Source: Cyanidioschyzon merolae (lineage: Eukaryota). From it: a stretch of DNA of 64,000 nucleotides. A model generated the notes under the pieces. That model did no database searches. It was not told the DNA's origin and saw only the letters and a list, made by a program, of their open reading frames with translations. The stretch is taken from NCBI GenBank assembly GCA_000091205.1, contig AP006487.2; one strand, given 5' to 3'. The position numbers and the translations under genes were made by a program. The stretch's first letter is position 1. The number at the start of each line of letters is the position of its first letter. Below are positions 23,397 to 35,195 of the stretch, one piece after another.

Positions 23397-26300
23397 TGGA
23401 ACAGCGTGCGCCTGTGTGTGCTGCACAAGGAATATTCGTAGAGGTGTCGGCCAGAAGAAGCCTGTGATCATAGGATTCGGTATCGGGCGCTAAAACTGCG
23501 GATGCAATAGAGGCGAGCCCTCTGTATTCGCCAAGGGCATGTACCAGGGAGTTAAGCAAGCGTTCGCACACCACTGCGCGGCGCCTGGTGGTGGAGGTAT
23601 ACTAGAAATACGGGAACACGAGGTAACATCCAAGTGTCGCTGCTATTAAGAGCGTACAGAGGCGCTTGACGAACAAGTCATGTATGGCAAGCGAAGCATA
23701 GACCGAATGTATCATCTACGCGTGAGATGCGACCCCAACAGCTATTAGCTGTGAACGCAGAAATATACCCCTCCAGTCAACATCCTGCGTCTGATTCAAA
23801 CGGTACGGGATCGATAAGAGAGACTGGTGTATGTAAAGCCAAATCTACAAGGACACAAGACGAAGCTGTAGCCGAATACTCCGCAACGGCTGTTTTTCAT
23901 GATACGCGGGAGAAACCGAACCTTTAGCGGGTGCGGAAGCGTTAAGGGATCCGTCCTATTTTATTCCGGCGCGAGCGTATGGCTACGACCTGCACCGTCT
24001 CTCGTCCGCTACCAGTACCAGCGCGGGTGGCATTACTAATGGTATACAGAGCATGTAGCCGGATGCACCAAGACTGACGATTTATGGCATGCTTTGATGA
24101 ATACGCAAATGTTGTGACGAATGACACCAAAGCCCGCGGCTTGTGTCGACATGCGGCACGCTGCTACTTGCGTGGTGTGTGGAACCCCAGCTCCCAGCCT
24201 CAGCTCGAACCGCATCTGAAATGGAAGCTCCCAGAAACGCCCGAAGCTATGATGCATATGGCTCAGGAGTCGATGCCGGAATGCCGACCTACCTGGTGAA
24301 GAGATTCCACAGCCATCAGTGTGGCAGTGTTTCTCGGTAGCTGCTCGTACTGGTCGCGTGCAGGCACTGTGGCCCCCGCAAGCCCTGCATGCAAAGCGTA
24401 TAAGACCAAAGGGTTGGCTTCAACGTTACCTGTATGGATAAGAGGTGCGCTTTCTGAGTTTCCAGTACCCAGCGATCTTCCTGGATCGCGTGGCGACATG
24501 ACAGTCCCGCGTTTCGCTTGTGATGATCAGATGATCGGTTGAGTCGTGATGCACAGGACGTCGGAAAAACGCGTTGCGAAATGCTCGCCATCAGAGAAAA
24601 CTAGAATCTTCCGTGTTACAAAAGGCATGAAGCCGATCGATATGTCCTCGCTTCAAATTCCGGAAGTTTGGATACGAACGTCTGCTGTGCGTCTGCATTC
24701 GCCGGAATCGGGTGTTTAGCCTAAAGCGTTCCGGGAAATGCCATGGCAGCGAAGGACAGCTCGTCAAGAGCCTACGGAACGTTGAAGCCGCCATACAGCG
24801 AGGATGCTGCTCTTCAACCTGGTTAATAGGCAGCACTCGCGCATCCAGAAAATTTTGGTGAGCATGATAGATTTTACATCGTTAGTGACTGCCATTGGAG
24901 ACGCGTTGTCAGTCTGTTTCTCATTTTCCGCCAACGGAAATCACGTGAAACGCATCAGCAAGGATCGCAAACTGCTTCAGGGAACACAGAGCAAGTCTGC
25001 TTCTTGTTTGACGACAAGGCACGGCATGTACATCGCTTTCGCAAGTTTTTTCATACACATTTGATGACCCGGTATGTCGAAGAGATCACCAGCAAGCTGC
25101 ACATGGACAGGTACCAGCATCCTCTTTCATGGTTTGGCCGCTCTGAAAACGATACGGAGCCTAGAACATGCGAAAAACATGTACCCGTTGCAGTTTCCTA
25201 TCTCGTTCACGTCAATGCTCGGCGAATACAATTGCATGCAAAGGCGGCAACAACCATTTTCGGTGGCCTTGCGTGCGCCTCTTCCTGCGGATCCGCACCA
25301 GTACAGCCTTCACGTCGAGGCGAACAAGAGCACACGTATGGAGTATCGCAAAACCCTGAGACGAACGCACGTCTCTTCCCATGATGAAACCTTCACATTG
25401 CCGTGCGCCCCAGCTACGGATGTATACAGTATATGCAAGCATCATGAACACAGCCCGACACGCAAATGCTTGTCGTTTCGCACGTCCACCTTGCAGGGGC
25501 CGCAGAGCCGCGCGCAAACTCAACACCATGCCACGTACACCAAACGTGCTACGCTCTCGTGGCATCTGCTGTCTTCACATAGAACTGTATGACCAAAGCG
25601 GCTGCTGTTATCCTTCCTGTATGGACCTCGCCGTGAAATTCTCAGCACGCAAGCGCTTTGTCGGACTTGAGTGCTTCTCACGAGGCGTGAGGCTGCCAGA
25701 CTCCACGGCGACGCTCTCCGGAGGCGCACAGGCTCCTGCGTGCGTGCGTAGAAGCGGGACGATGCTTCCAGGTATGCACCTTCCACGGACCACGTCTGTC
25801 ATCTATAGTGCATATTCCAACACCCATACCGTATACTTTGGGGTAAAAGCGGTCGCGGAAAAAGTCCAGAGTCTCCAGAAGCGCCGCCCTGCGCGGAGGC
25901 GTCTCACTCGGCTGCGGAAAAACGCGCTGCAACCATGTCAGGTATGCTTGTCTTTCCACTCGATACAAGAGAAACTCACGTGCTTAGGGTAGAACAAAGT
26001 CTCACTGGAAGCATTTAAAGCCTTCAAAGAACGTTGAAGCACCAGTACGAACGTGCGTCTGGGGAAACACAAGTCTATTGTATCGCCTAAGGCGTCAGTC
26101 GCGCTACTGAAATGCGACAGCATTGCCGTTCAGCAGTAGCGGCTCGAGCAGTGACTAGCTCTCCTGTCTGCGACTGCGAAGCGCAGCCAAAGCCTCTTTC
26201 ACCTGGCGCTACCTGCGCGAATAGCTCAAGTTCCACTGCATCCAGTCTAGAACTCAGGTGTGCCTGGGAAAACTGGTTCAGAACGAGCACGGGCTTGGTA

Positions 26301-26449
26301 GCACGCTCACAACGGAAGCAAACGAAGCGTGCCGTGTTTCGTGTTGACGAACGGCTGGCGTCGAATTGACGCTACGGACCGGGGTGTGGCTTTATTTGCT
26401 TCCCACACTTCACTGTGCCCTATTTGATAAAGACGTGCTGTGATCGTCT

Positions 26450-28801
26450 TTGGAGGCGTGCGTTCTTTCGATGAGCTTTTATCCACGTGCAGGAGCTGGC
26501 GGCCCTCGAGCGCTGGGATCGCGCCCCGGCGACCTGAGTGGAGGCCTTGCGGGGAACCGTCCTGCATCGCTGCAGCCAGCTCGCTCGACTTCGGGTCAGA
26601 CAAACTCGAACGAGGCTGTGAGGCTTCTCCAGCTGAGTCCCACTGAACGAGAGGCATACCTTGTCTGGTACCGGGAGGTGCGCGACCCCGCAACCGGTTA
26701 TGTGCCTGGTGACGCAGCAGCTTCGCTTCTGCGCCGCTCTAACCTATACAAAGATCTGCTACGACAAATTTGGGTTTTGGCGGATACCCGTCGACGTGGG
26801 TATCTGGATCAGGACGAGTTTTTTGTTGCCTTGCGACTTGTTGCCATATGCCAACGCGGTGGCGAGCCTTCCCTGGATAGCTTGCGGCGCTTTCGCGGGA
26901 TGCAGCTCATCCCACAAATCGATCCGGCTTCTGCTTCGCGCCCCAGTGCTCAAACAACGCCTGGGGCTGCATCCGCTGCGCAACCGCGCGCTTCTTCTAG
27001 CACCAGCGCTAACCCGGGTGAAACGCTCTCCTGGACGCCAACCTATGAGCAAATCGCAGAATACGATGCGCTCATGCGACAGTATTGTGGAGGCGGTACC
27101 CAGCCGGGTCGGCATCAGTCAGCAGCAAGGCTGGTACGCCTTGCGGACTTGCGCATGACCGGCTCTATCGCGCGGGAGGTCTTTCCGAAACTCTGTCAGC
27201 ATCGCTTAAGCAGTGCCATTCTTCGAGATATCTGGGAGCTCGCCGACCAGGATCGAGATGGGCAGCTGGATTTGCAGGAGTTTCGCTGCGCTGCGCACCT
27301 TTTGACTGTTCTGGGTCGTCAGCCTGCGGACAAGGCGGTTGTGCCGCGCCCACTTCCCCCTGCGCTACGGAAGCAAAGTCTCCGTCTGCGTTTTGGAGAT
27401 GGAGCGAATACAGCGGGCGAGTTTACGGAGGCAGCGCCCTCGGTGCCCAGTGACGCGCTATCGGTTATCTCGTCGCCGAATGCGGAAGTGCCGGCTTCGC
27501 GGAATACGGACCTGGCAGGTGCGTTTTCAGCAGCCAGCAAGTCCGTAGAGGATGCACAGCGTCGCCTGAAAGAACTTCGGGATCATCTGGATCTGCTGGA
27601 AGTGCGAGGTCGTGCACTGGCGGAAAAGAAGCGCGTCACGCTGGCAAACAGCAGTACCAGCACGCTCGAGCGCATCTATGCGGAAGAGCAGGCCTTCGTA
27701 CGAGACGCCCGCGGCGTCGTTGAGGCATGTTTGTTGGATCTGGGCGGAACTCCCGGCCAGTCGCAGAGCGAATCAGTTGCAACGGCGTCAAGACCGGGAC
27801 CCGAATTAGAATCAGAACGCACGATGACCGCCTGGGGTCCGTCATTTTCGTTGAACCTGCAACAGCTGCTTATTAAAGCGAAGAACGAGACAGCCCGGGA
27901 ACGAGCGAAGGTGAAGGTTCTCGAAGAGGAACTCCAGATCGCCCGACGTCAGATTCAAGATATGGTTGCGACCGGGGCTACCGCCCCGGACAAGTTCGGC
28001 ACGGGTCGCACTGAGGGCCATCGTCGAACCCGAAACGTGCACGGGGCGAAGCTCGAGCCCCATGAACCCGGCAAAAGCGCTACACAACGACGAGCGCCAG
28101 GTGGACAGAAGAACGTGAGTGGCTCTCTGCTGGACGACTGGTCCCAAGACGACGCTGATGTGAACGCTGATGACGACGAAGCCCGCAACCAGAGAGCTCG
28201 AAGCAAACGGATCGAGCGCGCAGCGTACCGATTTTCCGCTGAGGAGCAGGTCCCCGAGGACAAGCCAATTGTACGAGATGATCTGGTGGATGTGCCACCC
28301 GAATGGAGTGCCGCTGCGGAGCATGCGCTTTCCGCGAACGAGTCCCGGCAACAGAGCAAGCTGGCCTCCACAGGTACTGCTCGTGGAGCAGCGGATTCCC
28401 GGGCGAGAGGCGACTCGCCGTACCGGCCTCCGCGGTATCAAGGCATGACGCGAGATGCAGCTACCGCTTTTGGCGCTTATATTCAGGACGTTGACGGGGC
28501 CAGAAGCAGACGTTTCGCGGACGACGAACCACGAGATGAGCGTCCTTCGGAGCGGCGGAGAGCGTCTCGCCAAGCGGCACAGTGGCGCCAGACTAGCGTC
28601 GCCGAACCCAGCGAGGATGAGAACTGGCGCAGCGGCAGCGATTACATAGAGGTATCCGAGAGTGTCCACGAGACGACACAGGGTGGCTCACAGCGAGCCG
28701 CCCAGAACCGCTCGGGAGCGATGACCGTCGGCAGCACCGCCGAGGATGACGACGACGAGTGGTCGCGGTCAGCGTCGACTGCTATTTTCAGCTACTGGTA
28801 G
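26450..28801 (+). CDS. EH-domain (Eps15-homology) endocytic adaptor-like protein with two EH domains and a long coiled-coil/low-complexity tail
   Basis: EH1 'YLVWYREVRDPATGYVPGDAAASLLRRSNLYKDLLRQIWVLADTRRRGYLDQDEFFVALRLV'. EH2 'GSIAREVFPKLCQHRLSSAILRDIWELADQDRDGQLDLQEFRCAAHLL'. Heptad-like 'ERAKVKVLEEELQIARRQIQD'. Confidence 0.75.
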   Translation: MEACVLSMSFYPRAGAGGPRALGSRPGDLSGGLAGNRPASLQPARSTSGQTNSNEAVRLLQLSPTEREAYLVWYREVRDPATGYVPGDAAASLLRRSNLYKDLLRQIWVLADTRRRGYLDQDEFFVALRLVAICQRGGEPSLDSLRRFRGMQLIPQIDPASASRPSAQTTPGAASAAQPRASSSTSANPGETLSWTPTYEQIAEYDALMRQYCGGGTQPGRHQSAARLVRLADLRMTGSIAREVFPKLCQHRLSSAILRDIWELADQDRDGQLDLQEFRCAAHLLTVLGRQPADKAVVPRPLPPALRKQSLRLRFGDGANTAGEFTEAAPSVPSDALSVISSPNAEVPASRNTDLAGAFSAASKSVEDAQRRLKELRDHLDLLEVRGRALAEKKRVTLANSSTSTLERIYAEEQAFVRDARGVVEACLLDLGGTPGQSQSESVATASRPGPELESERTMTAWGPSFSLNLQQLLIKAKNETARERAKVKVLEEELQIARRQIQDMVATGATAPDKFGTGRTEGHRRTRNVHGAKLEPHEPGKSATQRRAPGGQKNVSGSLLDDWSQDDADVNADDDEARNQRARSKRIERAAYRFSAEEQVPEDKPIVRDDLVDVPPEWSAAAEHALSANESRQQSKLASTGTARGAADSRARGDSPYRPPRYQGMTRDAATAFGAYIQDVDGARSRRFADDEPRDERPSERRRASRQAAQWRQTSVAEPSEDENWRSGSDYIEVSESVHETTQGGSQRAAQNRSGAMTVGSTAEDDDDEWSRSASTAIFSYW

Positions 28802-29849
28802 AGCAGGCGTGGTGCCTGCTTACTTTTCTAGCGCAGATACGATGCTTCTGGACTTGGTACGTGAGCAAAACGGGAGGAATTTTGGCCGAACAAAGTCAGC
28901 AAGTGTATAAACGCGGTTCAAGCGAGCACGTCACCTGATTCCAGGTTCAACATGTCGCTTGTCTCGAGAATAGAAGCCACGGATTCGAGTGTTGGGAAAC
29001 GCCTCTGGGTACCTGGAAGTACGCGCCGTGTCGGCTATGTTGCCGACGCCAGCGACAAAAACGAAAACAGGTCACCGATGGGGATGTATGCGCTCTCCAA
29101 CAACAGCCGTATAGACACAAAAAGGCTGCGGTCCGTCTCTTGCCTACGTTATTCTAATGTCGATGAAATATCCCCGCTCGATGCATTGCCAGAGGCATTG
29201 GACGATTTTTTGGTCCAGCGTCGAGTGTGAATAGCGTGGGCAGCGCCAGACGCATCGTCCAGGCCGAACAGCGACGAAGGAATCGGTGCAGGTCAGCCCG
29301 GAGGCGTTTTCTTTGTCATCACATTGCGAGACGCTTCATGGCTCATTTGAGGGACTTGAAAGCGCACGAAATTGGCTTGGATATAACGTCAGCGTATCAG
29401 GTTACACATGTGGATACAGGACCTGAGCCGTCGACACCAAAAGAGCATTGTTGAAGCGTGCACTTTCAGGGCGTACACAAGCAACCATGCTGACGGGTCT
29501 GGAGCGATGTATCGAAGCAGATACACTCGGATACGCGACTAGTGCAGATTTATGGGAAGCGAAGTCATTTCTCGTGGAGCGCTATTGTCTGCGACTGGAC
29601 TCTGGTCAGTTTTTACTTTGGAATAAACGCATGATCGATCTGGACACCGTCCGTATGCTGAGCGTATCCGGGGCAGTTGCAGCGTCGCTAGCGACGCTTC
29701 AGCGGTCGCTTGCACATGGACAGGATGACTCGCAGATGTATATGCAGGTGTCCACCGGAGAAACGTACGCATTCAGGTCTCTGTTCCATACGTCAGAAGC
29801 GAGAGTCCCTGGAGCGAGGTCTTGTGACTGGCTATCGACGACAACGGCT

Positions 29850-31195
29850 CATTCACGAAAACGACATTGATTCCAGTCAACGCAACGCTCTGCAGTAGTG
29901 CACCTCTGGATGTGCGACTGCTCGCGTGCGTCCCTCTTCCGTTACACTTCATGTGCATCGATTCAGTCACGAAAACGACATTGATTCCAGTCAACGCAAC
30001 GCTCTGCAGTAGTGCACCTCTGGATGTGCGACTGCTCGCGTGCGTCCCTCTTCCGTTACACTTCTGGTGCATCGATTCAGTCACGAAAACGACATTGATT
30101 CCAGTCAACGCAACGCTATGCAGTAGTGCACCTCTGGATGTACGACTGCTCGCGTGCGTCCCTCTTCCGTTACACTTCATGTGCATCGATTCAGTCACGA
30201 AAACGACATTGATTCCAGTCAACGCAACGCTATGCAGTAGTGCACCTCTGGATGTACGAGTGCTCGCGTGCGTCCCTCTTCCGTTACACTTCAGGTGCAT
30301 CGATTCAGTCACGAAAACGACATTGATTCCAGTCAACGCAACGCTATGCAGTAGTGCACCTCTGGATGTACTGCTGCTCGCGTGCGTCCCTCTTCCGTTA
30401 CACTTCATGTGCATCGATTCAGTCACGAAAACGACATTGATTCCAGTCAACGCAACGCTATGCAGTAGTGCACCTCTGGATGTACGAGTGCTCGCGTGCG
30501 TCCCTCTTCCGTTACACTTCAGGTGCATCGATTCAGTCGCGACAACGACATTGATTCCAGGCAACGCAACGCTATGCAGTAGTGCACCTCTGGATGTACG
30601 AGTGCTCGCGTGCGTCCCTCTTCCGTTACACTTCAGGTGCATCGATTCAGTCGCGACAACGACATTGATTCCAGTCAACGCAACGCTATGCAGTAGTGCA
30701 CCTCTGGATGTACTGCTGCTCGCGTGCGTCCCTCTTCCGTTACACTTCATGTGCATCGATTCAGTCACGAAAACGACATTGATTCCAGTCAACGCAACGC
30801 TATGCAGTAGTGCACCTCTGGATGTGCGACTGCTCGCGTGCGTCCCTCTTCCGTTACACTTCTGGTGCATCGATTCAGTCACGAAAACGACATTGATTCC
30901 AGTCAACGCAACGCTATGCAGTAGTGCACCTCTGGATTTACGAGTGCTCGCGTGCGTCCCTCTTCCGTTACACTTCATGTGCATCGATTCAGTCGCGACA
31001 ACGACATTGATTCCAGTCAACGCAACGCTATGCAGTAGTGCACCTCTGGATGTACGAGTGCTCGCGTGCGTCCCTCTTCCGTTACACTTCAGGTGCATCG
31101 ATTCAGTCGCGACAACGACATTGATTCCAGGCAACGCAACGCTATGCAGTAGTGCACCTCTGGATGTGCGACTGCACGCGTGCGTCTGCGCGCTC
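29850..31195. repeat. Tandem array, 114-bp unit x ~11.8 (satellite/minisatellite), in-frame with 3 (38 codons)
   Basis: 'attgattccagtcaacgcaacgct' recurs at 29866, 29980, 30094 and onward (period 114). Units differ at about 5 positions, with a higher-order pattern. Both strands are open through the array (ORFs 29773-31212 minus, 29867-31261 plus). Confidence 0.95.
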
Positions 31196-31270
31196 ATAAC
31201 ACGCTTCAGCACTTGCAGTAACGTTCGAGTTACGTTTTCTTCTAGTCGCGTGAGACACTAGACTACCGGA

Positions 31271-32443
31271 ATGGAGAAGGTTTGCGACCTGCCTCAGAGT
31301 CCTATATGGAACTGGACTGCGAAGCTCTCACCGACCTCGAGTGGGACGTATACCTCTGTTCCGTTCCCGTCGCATGTTCGGAACGCGTTCAAGCGCTCGG
31401 GAGCCACGTTGACGGAGCGACACGACGCTACAGGCGAGCTGGTTCGTTTACTCGACGACCTCTCCACAGAGTTCCGGTGGATAGCAGCACGCACTCGGGA
31501 AATGTTTGTGAAATCGCTAGAGTCGACACCTTTTACGCCTCGGTTAGTCACACAGCAGTTGTACTTTGCACTGTGTCACGATGGATATGCGTGTCTGTTG
31601 GTTAGTAAAGACCAGAAGGAGCCGATGTCGATACCCCCGGATATGCCGTCCGGGAGTTATGTGATTGTGTTAGTGAGTCTGGATCTTGATGAGGAGCTTG
31701 CGCCCTCAGAAGGCCTCGTGGGCTCCCTCTTCTCCGTCTACAAGCGAAAGACCGCACCTGGCCGAGCCGGTCGGCGCGAGGACTTGCAAGTTTGCTTCGC
31801 TGACCAGGTAGCGGCGGGCTATGCACTTTACGGTAGTTCCACACAGCTCTGCTATTGCATGCGAGGCAATCCCGGAGTGTATCGCTTTGTTTTGCATCCA
31901 GTGGCCAAGCAGTTCTTCATGTGTCGAGGCGGCCCGATCGAGTTCGGTTCCGAGTACGATCGCGGTCGACAGCGCTTGCAGACTGTACTCGCTGTACCGA
32001 CGGAAGCCGCCGGGACCTCTACTGTAGCCTCGGAAGCGAGTGCGCATGTCGTCACACCGATACTGTTTGCTGCTCGAGAGCTTTTCCTCGGTGATGACGC
32101 CTTAGCACAGACCCTGCGTCATCTGGCCGACCAGTATGAGTATAGCGCCGTTCACACGGGTTGTCTGATCGGAGATTTTCATACATTAATGCAGCGAGGA
32201 GGCATTTTAGTTGCGGATAACGTAGACGCCCTGTGCGAAGCAGCTCCAATGGCGTATCTGGCCGAGGAGGCCGGCGCTCGAGCAATCGACCAGCGGGGCT
32301 GTCGCATTCTCAGCCAAAATCTTGGTGGCGATCACCCGCTCCACACCAGAACTTGCCTAATTATCGGGTCGCCAACTCAGCTGGCTCAGTTTGAACAGAT
32401 TCTACAAGAGTACCAGTCGGGCGCAACATCGGCGGATACTTGA
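31271..32443 (+). CDS. Divergent fructose-1,6-/sedoheptulose-1,7-bisphosphatase-like protein (FBPase fold)
   Basis: C-terminal FBPase motifs 'AAGYALYGSSTQLCY' and 'PMAYLAEEAGARAIDQRGCRILS'. The metal-binding 'DPLDGSSN' region reads 'VSLDLDEEL'. Confidence 0.7.
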   Translation: MEKVCDLPQSPIWNWTAKLSPTSSGTYTSVPFPSHVRNAFKRSGATLTERHDATGELVRLLDDLSTEFRWIAARTREMFVKSLESTPFTPRLVTQQLYFALCHDGYACLLVSKDQKEPMSIPPDMPSGSYVIVLVSLDLDEELAPSEGLVGSLFSVYKRKTAPGRAGRREDLQVCFADQVAAGYALYGSSTQLCYCMRGNPGVYRFVLHPVAKQFFMCRGGPIEFGSEYDRGRQRLQTVLAVPTEAAGTSTVASEASAHVVTPILFAARELFLGDDALAQTLRHLADQYEYSAVHTGCLIGDFHTLMQRGGILVADNVDALCEAAPMAYLAEEAGARAIDQRGCRILSQNLGGDHPLHTRTCLIIGSPTQLAQFEQILQEYQSGATSADT

Positions 32444-32805
32444 CGGGGAAGCAGGAACCTAAATGCGAAAAAGGGTCGCAACGGCGCCAGGTGTCAACGC
32501 AGTACCCTGCTGTACCCGGCATGCATCTGCCTCCTCCGGACGAGTTCCGTTGACGAGCAGGACGATGCCCGGTACTCGGCGGATTTCCATGAAACAAAAA
32601 AAACACTGCGAGGTATGCAGACGGGGGCTCGTTGACAGGTCGGGTTTCACCAGCGCATTGCCTCGTCAGGATGTCCATGGCGATGCATGGTCATTGAGAA
32701 TAAGGCAGCGCAAATTGCTGGCAGAACTCTTGTCCTTGTTTTCGCGAGCGCATCTTGAGGACCGGATCCTGCCCTTGTCGCAGCACTCGGCAACAAATCA
32801 TCGTT

Positions 32806-33639
32806 TCAGGGTGTATCCTGTTGCATGGTTGCATCGTGATGCTCGTCCGAGTCCGTTACGTTCTGCGGCGCTTGTTCGGTGCTCGTCTCCGTTGCCGTTC
32901 CACCAGACTTTGGAAACGCGCAGGCATCCAGCAGTGGCTGCACCTGCTCATGTTCGTAAAGATGAAAACGCATATCATCGCCGATGCTGACAACCCCGAC
33001 CGCACAGTTTTCCGCACTCAAGTGCTGATCTTTGGCGGACGCAAGCGTCTCATTCAGTGCCCATAGAGCATGGCGAATAAGCGCCTCTCGAGAAGCCGAT
33101 GAAAACTCATCCATATGACGTTCTAAGTAGGTGCGGGCGCTCTGTGAACGTGCTCCTAATGCCATACCCACGAGATCGTAAACCTCTCCGCTCGGACAGG
33201 TTTGATAGAGGTGAGGGCCACTCTCGTCGACGCCAGCAACTAGCAACCCTACACCATACGGCCGTCGAGAAATGCGTTGTGTGCACTTTTGGCACAGGTC
33301 TGCGACCAGGTGCACGAGGCGTCCAACCGGCATAGCGTCCCCGTAGACAAAGCGGTGTTGCAAGCACTCGTCCCGCATTCTTTTGGTCAAGACGCGGGCA
33401 TCTGCAGCAATACCGGATATGGCAACCCCTATGTGTTCATCAATAGGAACGATCTTTCGTTGGTGCCACGCTAAGTCGGAAAACGAGCGTTTCAGGGCAG
33501 CCAAGACAACGTGCGTTGCTGAGCAGACCCCAACCACCGCGGAGCCCTGTTTCACCGCCTCCATGGCGTACTCTACCTGCAGGAGGCGACCCTGTGGCGA
33601 AAATGTTGTTACATCAGTGTCATACTGGCTGCGGAACAT
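32806..33639 (-). CDS. PSMA1: Proteasome subunit alpha type-1 (20S core alpha subunit)
   Basis: '[37 protein letters not shown]' matches the human PSMA1 N-terminus '[37 protein letters not shown]'. Also '[18 protein letters not shown]'. Confidence 0.93.
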   Translation of the reverse strand: [277 protein letters not shown]

Positions 33640-35195
33640 GCTTCAGACTCGATCTGCTGCAGAAGGCAGGTCTGTGCGTCCGCGACGCGCGCTGTAGTGA
33701 CACGTGACAACGTCCAAGTGGCAAGCGAACACCAGTAGAGGTCGCAGTTTGTCGCCGGTTCAGCGCGACAGCTTCGGATGCTCGCCGGGGACAACGCGAG
33801 GCGTATCGGTTCGGGCATGCGACGTATTGGAGCATGGCGACGAGTTCATCGTGAGATGTGTTCAAGCATGAGACAACCAGCGCCTGTACAAAAGCCTGGA
33901 CTCCTGTTTGAGGCTGGGAACCGTCTGCAACATGCAAGGGTGTGGCGGTGGTTTTGTGACGCCAGGCCAGGTTCATTGCCCAAACGTTTGGTGATCACTG
34001 CAACCGTTGACCGGAAACTGCTCAAGTTACCACCGCGTGTTGCGAAGGCAACGTTTATAGCGTCGCGGTTATAGACATTACCCGTTTGATAAGTGAAATC
34101 GAGGAGGCTACGGAGCTGGATGCCACCAGGACCTGAGAACGCTGCCGGAAGAGCCAAACAACGGCCGCTTCGCGCAGTGCTCGCAAAGACCCAGTTCGAC
34201 TTTGCTGATGCAAGCGCAACGTATCCCACGACTCTGAGTCGTTATCGCATGTTGCGCAACGAGCACGTGTGCAGCGAGTTCCTGGACTGCACCCAGCTGC
34301 AGACCGTGTAAAAGGCACTCCCCGTGATCGGATCTGGTCACTGCGGGGCTAGCTTTTCCTCGAAAACGCGGTTTGTAACGGTTTACTGGTTACGATCGGG
34401 CGCTTCAGCTATGGAGGCAGTTGAGGAACGCACAGGCGACTCCTCCTGGACGCTGATGCAGCTCTGTCGGGTGCAGGTTGTTTGAATGGAGCAGGGCTGA
34501 CGCCCCAGCAACGGATGCAGCATCAATGCCCGGGATGGATCCTACCGAAACACCAGCTGGATTACAGCTTCGTGGAAGCAGTCAAGAGAGCAGCTCTGAA
34601 GCGGAAGATTGTCGCTGGATCCTTGCAGGCATTCGCGACGGCGCTTCGCCCAAACTGTGACGAGTAATACGAACACAACAGGAGTACCCAGCAAGTGACC
34701 TAAGTAAGCAGGCACTCGCGCCTGCATGCTATCGGAAGACGTTTACAACCACAACCGGCGAGCATGCGATATTTTGCCCAGCAGCCTTCATCGATATGTC
34801 ATATAGACATATACGCCGACGTGCGTGCGTGCGTGCAACATAGCGTGCGTGCGTGCAACATAGCGTGCAAAGTCTATCGGCTGCTGCGGCTGCGGCTGCG
34901 GCGGATCGCGCGCCGGCCGCACCCCCGATGCACACGCATTCGCGCATGAACCAGCAGACGCCGTGCGGTATACGGGCATGATTGAGGTCTCCGATCGGTT
35001 GCCTCGTGAACGGACACGTGTCCACGCCCTGCGTTGTCACGCATAGCGCCTGCAGTTTTCGCGCGTAACCTGCGTTCCGCAGCCGGCATAGCGAGAACGG
35101 CACACGGAAATGCGGACGTCGAGGCGGTCACGATCTGAGGCGGCGAATTCGCAGCTGGTGTTGTGATGGCGCTGCACCTCGGGAACATTGAGGGG

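Noticed and set aside
27842-28669. 275-aa ORF antisense to the EH-domain gene
   Set aside because: It lies wholly inside a confidently identified gene on the other strand. This is a typical GC-rich antisense open frame with no motif.
29850-31195. Possible CRISPR array (regular direct repeats)
   Set aside because: Units abut one another with no unique spacers. The context is eukaryotic, with no cas genes.
29773-31261. Two very long ORFs (479 aa minus, 464 aa plus) with perfect 38-aa repeats
   Set aside because: They arise only because the 114-bp satellite unit is a multiple of 3 and stop-free in those frames. The + ORF begins with a TTG, not an ATG. There is no flanking coding context. They are kept as a repeat, with the coding question raised in the findings.
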